Positions 52,030 through 52,266 of a DNA stretch of 52,266 nucleotides are shown here, piece by piece (position 1 is the stretch's first letter; each line of letters begins with the position of its first letter). This DNA comes from Silvanigrellaceae bacterium (GTDB lineage: Bacteria; Bdellovibrionota_B; Oligoflexia; Silvanigrellales; Silvanigrellaceae), in the NCBI GenBank assembly GCA_049423385.1, contig JBMSQQ010000008.1, positions 1 to 52,266 of the forward strand, given 5' to 3'. The position numbers and the translations under genes are program-made. Below the pieces are notes generated by a model. The model ran no database searches and was not told the origin of the DNA. It worked only from the letters and a program-made list of their open reading frames with translations.

Positions 52030-52168
52030 CAAGAACTCTCCTCCATGAAGGACAATTTTTTTCCGCGCATTGAATTGGCGAAGAGCGGAAAGGATTAGCG
52101 GGCCGTGATTCAAGATTCCAACGTAGGATGAGCAAAGAGTGTCTCGACCATCAACCAGGGGGAATCTT

Positions 52169-52266
52169 ATGCTCCGCAGCCTCCAAACAGCCGCAACCGG
52201 CATGGAAGCACAGCAACAGCTGATCGACACACTGTCAAACAACATTGCCAACGTCAACACGAACGG
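52169..52266 (+). CDS. flgG: Flagellar basal-body rod protein FlgG, N-terminal fragment (runs off window)
   Basis: Manual translation [33 protein letters not shown] (rod/hook ANNLAN-type motif); AGGGGG RBS; not in the ORF track. Confidence 0.8.
   Translation, partial: [32 protein letters not shown]

Noticed and set aside
52030..52260. N-terminal extension of the alpha/beta hydrolase ORF
   Set aside because: Strong RBS at ATG 52029, and the extension is antisense to flgG.

Overview
Bacterial chromosomal window of moderate GC (roughly half G+C by eye). The many Cys-rich lipoproteins and the gene content suggest a Bdellovibrionota/Oligoflexia-like organism, which is an inference only. The left 11.5 kb is one giant minus-strand gene missing from the ORF track because it runs off the window edge: a >3,825-aa lipoprotein with about 27 diverged cadherin/Ig-like repeats, one interrupted by an AT-rich ~68-aa inserted module. 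The rest mixes housekeeping and accessory genes. Housekeeping or metabolic genes are an ALDH8-type dehydrogenase + RidA pair, rpmG, a cNMP-domain::AspA fusion next to a PilZ protein, a solitary mreB, a partial his operon headed by a HisZ::HisG fusion and ending in purH, ALDH3, an ArnT-like glycosyltransferase, a TrmJ-like methyltransferase, ABC-F, an alpha/beta hydrolase and the start of flgG. The accessory genes are mostly exported or lipoprotein hypotheticals. The best candidate for an undescribed system is a tandem 4-Cys 'CP..C..GPF..C..C..W' module shared by two unlinked lipoproteins that end in different predicted cell-wall hydrolase domains (papain-like amidase versus lysozyme/SLT-like). 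No rRNA, tRNA, CRISPR array or mobile element was recognised.
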